A stretch of 64,000 bases of DNA from Squalus acanthias (Eukaryota), in assembly GCA_030390025.1 (NCBI GenBank), contig CM059438.1, positions 53,880,001 through 53,944,000 of the forward strand, written 5' to 3'. Positions 52,295 to 64,000 of this stretch are shown piece by piece (the stretch's first letter is position 1; each line of letters begins with the position of its first letter). The notes under the pieces are model-generated. The model had not been told where the DNA came from. It searched no databases and worked only from the letters and a program-made list of their open reading frames with translations. Position numbers and translations under genes: made by a program.

Positions 52295-52779
52295 CCTTTT
52301 TGCACTTTTTCAAGGAGGCTTTGAGGGTGTCCTTGAAGCATTTCCTCTGCCCACCTGGGGCTCTCTTGCCGTGTCGGAGCTCCGAGTAGAGCGCTTGTTT
52401 TGGGAGTCTCGTATCAGGCATGCGGACAATGTGACCCGTCCATCGAAGCTGATCAAGTGTGGTCAAAGCTTCGATGCACCCTCAAAGCCTCCTTGAAAAA
52501 GTGCAACATCCCCACCGACACCTGGGAATCCCTGGCCCAAGACCGCACAAAGTGGAGGAGAAGCATCCGGGAAGGCGCCGAACACCTCGAGTCTCTTCGC
52601 TGGGAGCAAGCGGAAGCCAAGCGCAAGGAGCGCACGTCAACCCAAGCATACCACCCACCGTCTGCCCCACCTGTGACAGAGACTGTAGGTCCTGCATTGG
52701 ACTCATCAGTCACCTGAGAACTCATTTTTAATGTGGAAGCAAGTCATCCTCGGTTCCGAGGGACTGCCTAAGAAGAAGA
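52295..52779 (+). mobile_element. RTE (BovB-like) LINE 3' end with an inverted 5' segment
   Basis: Minus: QLRWTGHIVRMPDTRLPKQALYSEL. Plus: TLKASLKKCNIPTDTWESLAQDRTKWR, CPTCDRDCRSCIGLISHLRTH; (AAG)n tail. Confidence 0.88.
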
Positions 52780-55676
52780 CTTTGTCAAATGCCTTTTGGA
52801 AATTCATGTACATTACGTCAACTGCATTGCCCTCATCAACCCTCTCTGTTACCTCATCAAAGAACTCAATCAAGTTCGTTAAACATGATTTGCCTTTAAC
52901 AAATCCGTGCTGGCTTTCCTTAATTAATCCACACTTGTCCAAGTGACTGTTAATTTTTCCCCTGATTACTGTTTCTAAAAGCTTCCCCACTACCGAGGTT
53001 AAACTGACTGGTCTGTAGTTGCTGGGTTTATCTTTATACCCTTTTTTGAACAGTGGTGTAACATTTGCAATTCTCCAGTCCTCTGGCACCACCCCCGTAT
53101 CTATGGAGGATTGGAATATTATGGCCAGTACCTCCGCGATTTCCGCCCTCAATTCCCTCAGCATCCTAGGATGTATCCCATCCGCTCCTGGTGATTTATT
53201 TATTTTAAGTGCAACCAGCCTTTCTAATACCTCTTCTTTATCAATTTTTATCCTATCAAGTGTCTCCACTACCTCCTCCTTCACTGTGTCTATGGCAGCA
53301 TCCTCTTCCTTGGTGAAGACAGATGCAAAGTACTCATTTAGTACCTCAGCCATACCCTCTGCCTCCATGCATAGGTCTCCTATTTGGTCCCTAATCGGCC
53401 CCTCCTCTCCTCTTACTACCCTTTTACTATTTATATGCTTATAGAAGACTTTTGGATTACCTTTTATGTTGGCTGCCATTCTATTCTCATACCCTCTCTT
53501 TGTCCCTCTTATTTCCTTTTTCATTTCTCCTCTGACCTTTCTATATATAGCCTGATTCTCAGATGTATTTGCAACCTGACATCTGCCATACGCACTCGTT
53601 TTCTGCTTCATCATATTCTCTATCTCTTTCATCATCCAGGGAGCCCTGACTTTAGTTGCCCTGCCTTTCCCCCTGGTGGGAATGTACCTCAACTGTACCT
53701 GAACTATTTCCTCTTTAAAGGCAGCCCATTGTTCCATTACAGTTTTGTCTGCCAATCTTTGATTCCAGTTTACCCGGGCCAGATCCGTTCTCATCCCACT
53801 GAAATTAGCATTCCCCCAGTTAAATATTTTTACTCTAGATTGCTCCCTGTCCTTTTCCATAGCTAATCTAAACCTTATGATACTATGATCACTGTTCCCT
53901 AAATGTACATCTACTGACACTTGACCTACCTCATTCCCCAGAACCAGATCCAGCAATGCCTCCTCCCTCGTCGGGCCGGAAACATACTGATCAAGAAAGT
54001 TATCCTGAACACACTTCAGAAATTCTTCCCATTCTCTGCCCTTTACACTATTACGATCCCAGTCTATATTAGAATAGTTGAAGTCCCCCATTATTACTAC
54101 TCTATAGTTCTTGCACCTCTCTGTAATTTCTCTGCAAATTTGCTCCTCCATATCTTTCCCACTATTTGGTGGTCTATAGAATACTCCTAGTAGTGAAATG
54201 GCACCTCTATCATTTCTTAACTCTAGCCATATAGATTCTGTCCTTAACCCCTCCAGGACATCCTCCCTCTCCAGCACTGTAACATTCTCCTTAACCAATA
54301 CTGCCACACCACCTCCTATCTTTCCTGAACACCTTATAACCAGGAATATTTAATACCCAATCCTGCCCTTTTTTGAGCCAGGTCTCAGTTACTGCCACAA
54401 CATCATATTCCCATGTGGCTATTTGTGCCTGCAGCTCACTAACCTTGTTTACTATGCTTCATGCGTTCACATACATACACTGTAAACCCATCTTAGACCA
54501 TCCTGCATTCTCTCTTAGTTTGACCCCACCTCAAAGCTTAACATTTCTTACTTTAGTGCTCTCTGCCTCCCCCAATCCTTTGAGCTCTTTATTTCCCCTT
54601 TCTAATGTTACACCTGGTGCCCATCCCCCTGCCAAATTAGTTTAAACCCTCCCCAACAGCACTAGCAAACCTCCCCACGAGGATATTGGTTCAGGCCCTG
54701 TGGAGGTGCAACCCGTCCGGCCTGTACAGGTCCCACCTCCCCCAGAACCGGCCCCAATGCCCCAGGAATCTGAAGCCCTCCCTCCTACACCATCTCTCCA
54801 GCCACGCATTCATCTGCGCTATCCTCCCATTTCTATATTCACTAGCACGTGGCACTGGGAGTAATCCGGAGATTACTACCTTTGAGGTCCTGCTTTTTAA
54901 CCTCTTTCCTAGCTCCCTGAAATCTGCCTGCAGGACCTCATCCCTCTTTCTGCCTATGTCGTTGGTACTGATATGGACCACGACCTCTGGCTGTTCACCC
55001 TTCACCCTCAGAATGTTCTGCAGCCGCTCAGTGACCCTGGCACCAGGGAGGCAACATACCATCCTGGAGTCACGTCTGCAGCCGCAGAAACATCTGTCTG
55101 CTCCCCTAGCTATCGAATCCCCTATCACTATTGCTCTTCCACTCTTTTTCCTCCCCCCCCCCGTACAGCTGAGCCACCCATGGTGCCGCAGACTTGGCTC
55201 TGACTGTACTCCCCAGAGGAACCATCGCCCTCACCAGTACTCAGAACAGAATACTGGTTGGAGAGCGAGATGCACTCAGGGGACGCCTGCACTACCTGCC
55301 TGGTGGTCCTCTTCTGTCTGGCGGTCACCCATTCCCTCTCTGCCTGCACACTCTTTATCTGCGGGGTGACCACCTCCTGAAACGTGCTATCCACGAAGCT
55401 CTCAGCCTCGCGGATGCACCACAGGGACACCAGCTGCCGCTCAAGCTCCAAAACCCAGAGCTCGAGCTCCTCCAGCTGATGACACTTCCTGCACACGTGG
55501 TTGTCCAGGACACGGGAAGCATCCTGGAGTCCCCACATGGCACAGGATGTGCATTCCATGGGACTGAGCTGCCCTGCCATGCCTTTACTTAATAGACTAT
55601 TAACTAGAAACACTGACCAGCTACTCACCAATCAGCTCCCTGGTTGTGACATCACTTTAGTTGTTTTGCAGTTATT

Positions 55677-56417
55677 GGGCCAAAAATTCATCCCGCTGCG
55701 CGAGAGTGCGCACTGCGTACTGTGTACTCTCGCGTATTCTCTCTCCAATTGCCGGTTTTCTGCATGCCCTGCGCATGCGCTGAAAACCGGCACTTGGTCT
55801 TTTGAAAAGGGAGCGGTTCCTCGGTGCATCGCATGCGCGCTACAGGCTGCGCGCACGCTGTGCACTTCGTGCTTTGGACGCGCAGGTAAGGACGGAAGAT
55901 TTTAGAAATGGAAAAAGGAGGAGTAAGACCCGCTTTTAACAAGGTAAGTAGTGAATTAAGTATTTTTTTGAATTTTTTTTAACAGGTATATCTTTTTTAG
56001 AGACTTTAAAGACAGGTAAGTTTATTTTTATAACTTTTTAAAAGATTTTAAATTTTTTCAAAAATTTAATTTTTTATTTAAAATGGTTAATTTATTTAAC
56101 TATACTTATTTTATTAATGTGATGGTTTTTTTTTTAAAATTTAATTGAGGTTTAGCTGTTATTTTGGGGGGGTGTATTTCACAGCACGTATGTGAAACTT
56201 ATGAATGGAAGATGGTGTGCTGCCATTGGCTCTAACTGAGTCACGTGATCCCACAGCTCGCACGAATTCACTACGCCGGTGGGATACGCAAGCACTGCCC
56301 AGCTGATGTCTGGAACATCAAGTTCGTGCGAGCTGGATCTGAAAAAGCCAACGCGGAGTGAGAGATCGCGGGGAAGCCTTACCCCCGCGGGAACAGAGCG
56401 AGATCAATTTCTGGGCC
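55677..56417. mobile_element. Non-autonomous Harbinger (MITE), second copy
   Basis: Colinear with 32882-33625; TSD ATT. Confidence 0.88.
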
Positions 56418-56744
56418 ATTGCTTTTTGTTGTTGTTTTTTTCGCTGGAGGTCCTCCGCCTCCTCACTGCCACCACTGCTCCGGTCTGCGCTCTCTCTGGG
56501 CCTCCCGCTCGATTTATCCCCCGCCTCCTTCAAACAATTATTTTTACTTTTAATTTTTAGTTTTAATTAGTTAATTTAGTTGAAGTTATTAATTCAGTAA
56601 AGTTATAGTGGTTAATACTCTCCCAGTTCTGAATTTAATCCACTTACCTAACCTAGAGAGTAAAAGAGGTGTAATACTCACCAACCAATCACCTACCTGC
56701 TATCCTGTGATGTCACTCCTTGTTTTTTGGGGATTTTTAAAGCT

Positions 56745-58372
56745 GCTCCCTTTAATCCGCTGCTCCCGCTCGGGTCCGCGCTGTGTCCTGGGCCTTCTCC
56801 GGTGCTCCCTTTAATCCGCTGCTCCCGCTCGGGTCCGCGCTGTGTCCTGGGCCTTCTCCGGTGCTCCCTTTAATCCACCGCTCCCGCTCCGGTCCGCGCT
56901 GTGTCCTGGGCCTTCTCCGGTGCTCCCTTTAATCCACCGCTCCCGCTCGGGTCCGCGCTGTGTCCTGGGCCTTCTCCGGTGCTCCCTTTAATCCGCTGCT
57001 CCCGCTCGGGTCCGCGCTGTGTCCTGGGCCTTCTCCGGTGCTCCCTTTAATCCACCGCTCCCGCTCCGGTCCGCGCTGTGTCCTGGGCCTTCTCCGGTGC
57101 TCCCTTTAATCCACCGCTCCCGCTCGGGTCCGCGCTGTGTCCTGGGCCTTCTCCGGTGCTCCCTTTAATCCGCTGCTCCCGCTCGGGTCCGCGCTGTGTC
57201 CTGGGCCTTCTCCGGTGCTCCCTTTAATCCACCGCTCCCGCTCCGGTCCGCGCTGTGTCCTGGGCCTTCTCCGGTGCTCCTTTTAATCCGCCGCTCCCGC
57301 TCGGGTCCGCGCTGTGTCCTGGGCCTTCTCCGGTGCTCCCTTTAATCCACCGCTCCCGCTCCGGTCCGCGCTGTGTCCTGGGCCTTCTCCGGTGCTCCCT
57401 TTAATCCGCCGCTCCCGCTCCGGTCCGCGCTGTGTCCTGGGCCTTCTCCGGTGCTCCCTTTAATCCACCGCTCCCGCTCCGGTCCGCGCTGTGTCCTGGG
57501 CCTTCTCCGGTGCTCCCTTTAATCCACCGCTCCCGCTCGGGTCCGCGCTGTGTCCTGGGCCTTCTCCGGTGCTCCCTTTAATCCACCGCTCCCGCTCGGG
57601 TCCGCGCTGTGTCCTGGGCCTTCTCCGGTGCTCCCTTTAATCCGCCGCTCCCGCTCGGGTCCGCGCTGTGTCCTGGGCCTTCTCCGGTGCTCCCTTTAAT
57701 CCACCACTCCCGCTCCGGTCCGCGCTGTGTCCTGGGCCTTCTCCGGTGCTCCTTTTAATCCGCTGCTCCCGCTCGGGTCCGCGCTGTGTCCTGGGCCTTC
57801 TCTGGTGCTCCCTTTAATCCACCGCTCCCGCTCGGGTCCGCGCTGTGTCCTGGGCCTTCTCCGGTGCTCCTTTTAATCCGCTGCTCCCGCTCGGGTCCGC
57901 GCTGTGTCCTGGGCCTTCTCTGGTGCTCCCTTTAATCCACCGCTCCCGCTCGGGTCCGCGCTGTGTCCTGGGCCTTCTCCGGTGCTCCCTTTAATCCATC
58001 ACTCCCGCTCGAGTCCGTGCTGTGTCCTGGGCCTTCTCCGGTGCTCCCTTTAATCCACCGCTCCCGCTCGAGTCCGCGCTGTGTCCTGGGCCTTCTCCGC
58101 TGCTCCCTTTAATCCACCGCTCCCGCTCCGGTCCGCGCTGTGTCCTGGGCCTTCTCCGGTGCTCCTTTTAATCCGCCGCTCCCGCTCCAGTCCGCGCTGT
58201 GTCCTGGGCCTTCTCCGGTGCTCCCTTTAATCCACCGCTCCCGCTCGGGTCCGCGCTGTGTCCTGGGCCTTCTCCGGTGCTCCCTTTAATCCACCGCTCC
58301 CGCTCGAGTCCGCGCTGTGTCCTGGGCCTTCTCCGGTGCTCCCTTTAATCCACCGCTCCCGCTCGGGTCCGT
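56745..58372. repeat. CpG-rich minisatellite, 59-bp unit, about 27 copies
   Basis: TTTAATCC at 56751, 56810 and onward. Confidence 0.97.
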
Positions 58373-59469
58373 GCTTTATAAAATTTCTAAAGGTTTAGCA
58401 TAACTTCCTTGCCTTCATATTCGCCCCCCACGATGGGCAGGAGTAGGTTGGGGTGGGGCGTCCATTGCCATATTTACGGCAGTGGGTTCCGGAGTGTCCT
58501 GCTGTCGAGATACGGGACATTTCATTAACATATTTAAATTTGGCTCCCACAGTGCAATTGGGAGCCTGATTTAAATTTAGCAATTACCACTTGGTTTCCC
58601 AGGGGTCGGGAAACCCAGCAGTGTGTAAGACTAGGCCCTTTACAGTATCCCAGTCTGACAGTTACTTAGAGTTCGGACCCGAACCAGAATGAATCAGGGT
58701 AACTACTTCTTTACTTAAAATCAATCAAGTTTACAAGCGAGCCTAAAATCAAGTTTACACACAAGCATAAGTTTCAACGAGCAAGCATAAGCAGACATAC
58801 ATACTAACACCAGCGAGTGACTAGTAGACCCTTCTTTCTGTGCGACTGGTCAAGTCGCCCGAGAAATGAGCTGTGAAAGAAAAATTGTGCGTGGTCCCTT
58901 TAATAAAACTGGCAGATGACACGTCATCAAATGACGTCATCTGACCGGCTTACTCTTAGTTGGCCGGCAAGCCCGCATGGTGGGCTTAACAAGGTCAATC
59001 AACGTAAAGTCACGTCCGTGGGCCGGATGCAGTTGGGGACAGGACTGGAAGCCAGAAACCACCTGACCCGCTCCCAACCCGCATCCAATGACAAAATCGC
59101 GGCCATTCTCTCTGTATCCACTCTATCAAATCCTTTCATAATTTTATAGACCTCTATGAGGTCACCCCTCAGCCTTCTTTTTTCAAGAGAAAAGAGACCC
59201 AACCTGTTCATCCTTTCCTGATATGTATACCCTTGTGGCGGATCGCCACCTAAACGGGCGCAATCCACTTTTCCGTCCGTGGACAATAAATCGGGCACCT
59301 TGCCTTTAAGGCACCTTGCCTTTAAGGCAGGAGAAAAGGAGTGGGCGTGGCCTCAGAACCTTCCAGATTCTTGTGTTAGCAGCCATCTTGCCAGGCAGAT
59401 GTAATAAAATGCTTTTGTGTTCCACACATGGACTCGGCCTTAATTCGTGTTTCGCGGCAGCCACAACAT

Positions 59470-59483
59470 TGGTGACCCCGACG
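59470..59483 (+). promoter_or_regulatory. Primer-binding site, tRNA-Trp
   Basis: TGGTGACCCCGACG, one base after the 5' LTR, complementary to the tRNA-Trp 3' end. Confidence 0.85.
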
Positions 59484-59508
59484 CTCAGAACGTATTCCGA
59501 GCACTGCA

Positions 59509-62500
59509 ATGGCGGACATGAACGCAGTTTCGTGAAACTGCCGGAGTTTTGGGAAAACCAGCCCGAAGCCTGGTTCCTTCAAGCCGAGTCGCGTTTCCGG
59601 CTGCGAAAAATCACCACAGATGGGACGAAGTACGACTATCTCGTCACATCACTCGGTAGCTCCACAGTTACGAAGGTCTGGACAGCGCTGTAGAACCCAC
59701 CAGAGGAAGGCAAGTATGCACATCTTAAGGCCGCGCTCCTTAAAAAATTTACGGCCTCGACATACCAGCGAAACTGCCACCTCCTCGACCTTCCAGGCCT
59801 CGGTGATGCCTCACCGTCAGACCTCCTCTCCCACATGCTCTCCCTCACCAACGAGAGCCCACCCGGATACCTCTTCCGCACGCTGTTCATCCGCCAGCTA
59901 CCGCTTGGCATCCGCCCAGCGATCGTGGCGTCCGGCCTCACGGACCTGGAAGCCCTGGCCGATGAGGCCGACAAGCTGCTGTCCGCTCACTCCAGCCGCG
60001 ACGTCACTCCGGACCTGGCAGCCATTGCCTGGGCGCGCCCCTCACCGGCCACCACGCGGCCACAAGGCCCAGCCATCGGGCTCACGGGGCTTTCGTGCCC
60101 CACTAACCCGGGCCACTGTTACTACCACGCACGGTTCGGCGCCAGGGCACAACGGTGCACACCTCCCTGCTCTTTCAAGTCCGCCCCCGTACCAGCCCCC
60201 GCGATGGCCATGGGCCACGCGGGCTCCCTGCTGTTCGTCACGGATGACAAAACCGGCCGCCGGTTCCTGTGCGACACTGGAGCTCAGCAGAGCATCATCC
60301 CGGCCTCCTCCCTCGACATCCAAAAGGGCAAACAAGGACCGGCGCTGGCTGCTGTTAACGGCTCGGACATCCGGACGTACAGCACCCACACAGTCACCCT
60401 CGACCTCGCTGGTCGCCGCTACCGATGGGAGTTCATCACTGCCAAGGTGCTCTCCCCTCTCATCGGCGCAGATTTCCTGTGCGCCCACGGCCTACTGGTA
60501 GACATCCCTCGACACCGCCTCGTGGACATGAACACCATGTCCCCCATCCTGGGCGCCATGGCCCCCCGTCAACCCGCCGACATGGCGTCACAGTGCCACG
60601 CCCGGGCCACGGATGACTACTCGGCACTCCTGGCCGAATTCCCGGCCCTTACCAATCCGACCTTCTCCGCGGAGGCCGCCAAACACAGGGTGGAACACTT
60701 CATCCCCACCGCAGGCCCCCCAGTGTACGCCCACGCCCGCAGGCTGGACCCGGCCAAACTGGAGATCGCGCGGACCGAGTTTGCCACCATGGAACAGCTC
60801 GGCATCATCCGCCGCTCCAACAGTCCCTGGGCCTCCCCACTCCACATCACCTCCAAACCAGGCGTGGGTTGGCACCTCTGCGGGGATTACCGCCGCCTCA
60901 ACAACGCCACCACCCCTGATCGGTACCCCGTGCCGCACATCCAGGACTTCTCGGCTAGACTGGCCGGCCGCTCAGTCTTTTCCAAGGTCGACCTGGTGCG
61001 CGGCTACCACCAAGTCCCCGTCCACCCCGCGGACGTCCCCAAGACGGCCGTAATCACCCCCTTCGGCCTTTTCGAGTTCCTGCGGATGCCCTTCAGCCTC
61101 AAAAACGCGGCCCAGGCATTCCAACGGCTCATGGACTCGGTCCTTCAGGACCTGAAGTTCCTGTTCGTCTACCTGGACGACATCCTGGTAGCCAGTTCCT
61201 CCAAGCAGGAACACCTCGAACACCTTCGCATCCTGTTCGGGCGCCTCAGCGACCACGGTCTCATCCTCAGCCCAGCCAAATGCCAGTTCGGCCTGGACAA
61301 GATCAACTTCCTCAGCCACCACATCACCCATGCTGGGGCCATTCCCCTGCCCACCAAGGTGCAGGCCGTCCAACAATTTCCCCGCCCCACCACCATCAAA
61401 GGCCTCGGGATGGTGAATTTCTATAACCGCTTCATCCCCAAAGCGGCGTCCCTCATGAGGCCCCTGTATGAAGCCTTCCGGGACAGGAGCGGCAAGATGG
61501 CGGTCGAATGGACGGCAGACGTGTCAGCCGCCTTTGACTCCACCAAGACCGCGCTCGCCAACGCCACCCTGCTCGCGCACCCACGGCCCAATGCCAGGGT
61601 AGCGCTCACCACGGACGCCTCTGACCACGCAGTCGGCGCCGTGTATGAGCAGTGGGTCGATGGCGCCTGGCAACCACTTGCCTTCTTCAGCCGCCAACTA
61701 CGCCCCCCGGAGGTCAAGTACAGCACCTTCGACCGCGAGCTCCTCGCGCTGTTCCTGGCGGTCCGCCATTTTCGGTTTTTGCTGGAGGGCCACCCCTTCA
61801 CTGCGTTTGTCGACCACAAGCCCCTGACATTCGCAATGGCAAAGACAACCGACCCCTGGTCTGCCAGGCAGCAGCGCCAGCTTGCGGCAGTGTCCGAGTT
61901 CACCACGGACATCCAACACGTCTCCGGCCGAGACAATGTGGTAGCCGACTGCCTCTCCCGCCCCGCCATCCACGCCGCACACCTGGCAGTCGACTACGCT
62001 CAACTCGCAGCAGACCAGATCACCGACCCTGATCTGCTCTCCGCACCTACCAACCTACCAGGGCTACGCCTGGCCGACGTCGCCTGTGGCCTGACCGCAG
62101 TCACGGTCAAGTGCGACATATCCCTATGTCAACCTCGGCCCGTCGTCCCAGCGTCCTGGCGCCGCCGGGTATTCGAGATTCTCCACAACCTCTCCCACCC
62201 CGGCGCCCGCGCATCCATCAAATTGGTAGCCAACCGCTTTGTCTGGCGCGGCCTTCGCAAGGATGTGCGTACTTGGGCCAACTCCTGCCTAGCCTGCCAA
62301 CGGGCCAAGGTACAGCAACACACGAAAGCACCCCTCGAGGAGTTTACCGTCCCTTCGCGTAGATTCAACCACATCCACGTGGACATCGTCGGGCCCCTGC
62401 CGCCGTCGCAAGGCCACACGCACTTGCTGACGATCGTTGACCGCACCACGCGCTGGCCCGAGGCAATTCCACTGACCTCTACCACCACCACCGACATCGC

Positions 62501-63308
62501 CAGAGCCTTCGTCAGCACCTGGGGCGCACGGTTCGGCGTCCCCTCCGACATGACGTCGGACAGAGGTCCGCAATTTACCTCTGAACTCTGGACCGCCGTC
62601 GCACGCAATCTCGGGGTGACCATTCACCGCACCACAGCATACCACCCCCAAGCCAACGGACTGTGTGAGCGGTTCCACAGATCCCTGAAGGCATCTCTTC
62701 GAGCCAGCCTCCAGGACGGCGCCTGGACCAACCGACTTCCGTGGGTCCTCCTCGGCCTGCGCACCGTGGTTAAAGAAGACCTCCACGCATCGGCAGCAGA
62801 GCTCGTGTACGGTCAGCCACTGCGCGTACCCGGCGAGTTCCTACCCACCGCCACGACACCCTGGTCAGCCGACCAGCAACGCCACGACTTCGCCTCACCG
62901 GCGCTGCAGTTCGCCCCGGTGCCCATTGCCCGACACGGCGAATCCACCTCACACGTCCCACTAAGCCTGCACCAGGCACGGTTTGTTTTCATCCGGCACG
63001 ACGCCCACCACGGACCCCTTCAACCCCCGTACGACGGGCCCTACAAGGTGCTACAGGCTGGGAACAAATTTTTCACCCTGCAAGTGGGCAACAGGACCCA
63101 AAAAGTGTTGGTTGACCGACTCAAGCCAGCACACTCGGAGCCCGGTGAGCAGGTCCCTGTAGCTCGTCCACCGCCACGCGGCCGACCTGCCCTCAAGCCG
63201 GTTCACCCGGCTGCTCCACGCCCGGCCATTCCACGTCCACCGGCGTCCTACAAGAGCCGCTCCGGCCGGCCCATCAGACCGCCGCACCGTCTTGTCCACA
63301 CCTCCTAA
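59509..63308 (+). pseudogene. gag-pol: Gag-Pol of the CsRn1-like element: gag frameshifted (about 59530) with a TAG at 59691; frame open from there to 63308
   Basis: CYYHARFG...C knuckle, CDTGA, YLDD, TDAS, HPG...CLAC, VDIVGP, SDRG, GPY. Confidence 0.9.
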
Positions 63309-64000
63309 GCGGATTCTGGGGGGAGCTGTGTGGCGGATCGCCACCTAAACGGGCGCAATCCACTTTTCCGTCCGTGGACAATAAATCGGGCACCTTGCCT
63401 TTAAGGCACCTTGCCTTTAAGGCAGGAGAAAAGGAGTGGGCGTGGCCTCAGAACCTTCCAGATTCTTGTGTTAGCAGCCATCTTGCCAGGCAGATGTAAT
63501 AAAATGCTTTTGTGTTCCACACATGGACTCGGCCTTAATTCGTGTTTCTCGGCAGCCACAACACCCTCGCATTTCTGGTATCATCCTTGTAAATCTTCTC
63601 TGCACCCTCTCCAGTGTTTCTATATCCTTTTTATAATGTGGCGAATAGAACTGCACGCAGTGCTCCAAGTGTGGTCTAACCAAGGTTCGACACAGGTTTA
63701 GCATAACTTCCCAACTTTTCAATTCTATCCCTCTAGAAATAAACCCTAGTGCTTGGTTTGCTTTTTTAATGGCCTTGCTAACCTGTGTCGCAACTTTTAG
63801 TGATTTGTGTATTTGTACTCCGAGATCCCTTTGTTCCTCTACCCCACCTAGACTCCCTCAAGTGATAAGTGACCGTCTTATTCTTCCTACCAAAATGTAA
63901 GGTAAGTGACTTTTACTCCTTGCAGGCCAGGAGGAGCGGGAGTGCTTCTCTTGGCCCCTCGAGGAAGCCTTCGGCCTTCCCCCCACCCCCTGCTGATCGC

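Larger units (their letters stand above)
51201..56540 (-). mobile_element. Near full-length CR1 LINE (5' UTR, ORF1 zinc finger/leucine zipper plus esterase, ORF2) with RTE and MITE insertions
   Basis: CTSCAMW...CRKC...LELWVLELERQL; GDSIARG; ORFs 52706-54307 and 51292-52188. Confidence 0.92.
59234..63563 (+). mobile_element. Complete Ty3/Gypsy LTR retrotransposon, CsRn1/Kabuki-like clade
   Basis: 235-bp LTRs at 59234-59468 and 63329-63563 (one mismatch seen); 4-bp TSD CCCT; tRNA-Trp PBS; PPT GGGGGGAGC; Gag KLPEFW...PEAWF. Confidence 0.96.
59105..63900 (-). mobile_element. CR1 RT fragment (59105-59233 and 63564-63900) hosting the second Gypsy
   Basis: IPEMRG|YTYQERMNRLGLF is continuous across the insertion. 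Confidence 0.88.

Noticed and set aside
58420..59104. Possible solo LTR or DNA transposon fragments
   Set aside because: Could not identify matching termini or a TSD
60042..63344. Many overlapping and antisense ORFs within the GC-rich Gypsy pol
   Set aside because: Expected shadow ORFs of GC-rich coding sequence

Overview
Eukaryotic, repeat-dominated genomic DNA. The repeat families (CR1 with GDSL-esterase ORF1, L2, Deu-domain SINE, Penelope, Harbinger) suggest a cartilaginous fish, by inference. The only host gene I recognise is the 3' end of an SH2D4B-like gene on the + strand: three exons at 8909-9039, 11922-12141 and 20799-20906. Its SH2-domain exon lacks one base at the FLVR motif. The rest is nested mobile DNA: many CR1 LINEs, L2, an RTE with a 5' inversion, a LINE family with a tRNA-like head, Penelope fragments carrying minimal hammerhead ribozyme motifs, Harbinger and hAT elements/MITEs, and at least seven minisatellites. 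There are two complete Ty3/Gypsy proviruses. The most unusual is a Mag-like Gypsy (27403-31882) with apparently identical LTRs and one uninterrupted 1316-aa ORF. It has no tRNA primer-binding site; instead an 11-nt sequence at that position is perfectly complementary to its own LTR (candidate self-priming), and its RT motif reads YLDN. All comparisons were made by eye and against remembered consensus sequences; no searches were run. Boundaries of degraded repeats are approximate.
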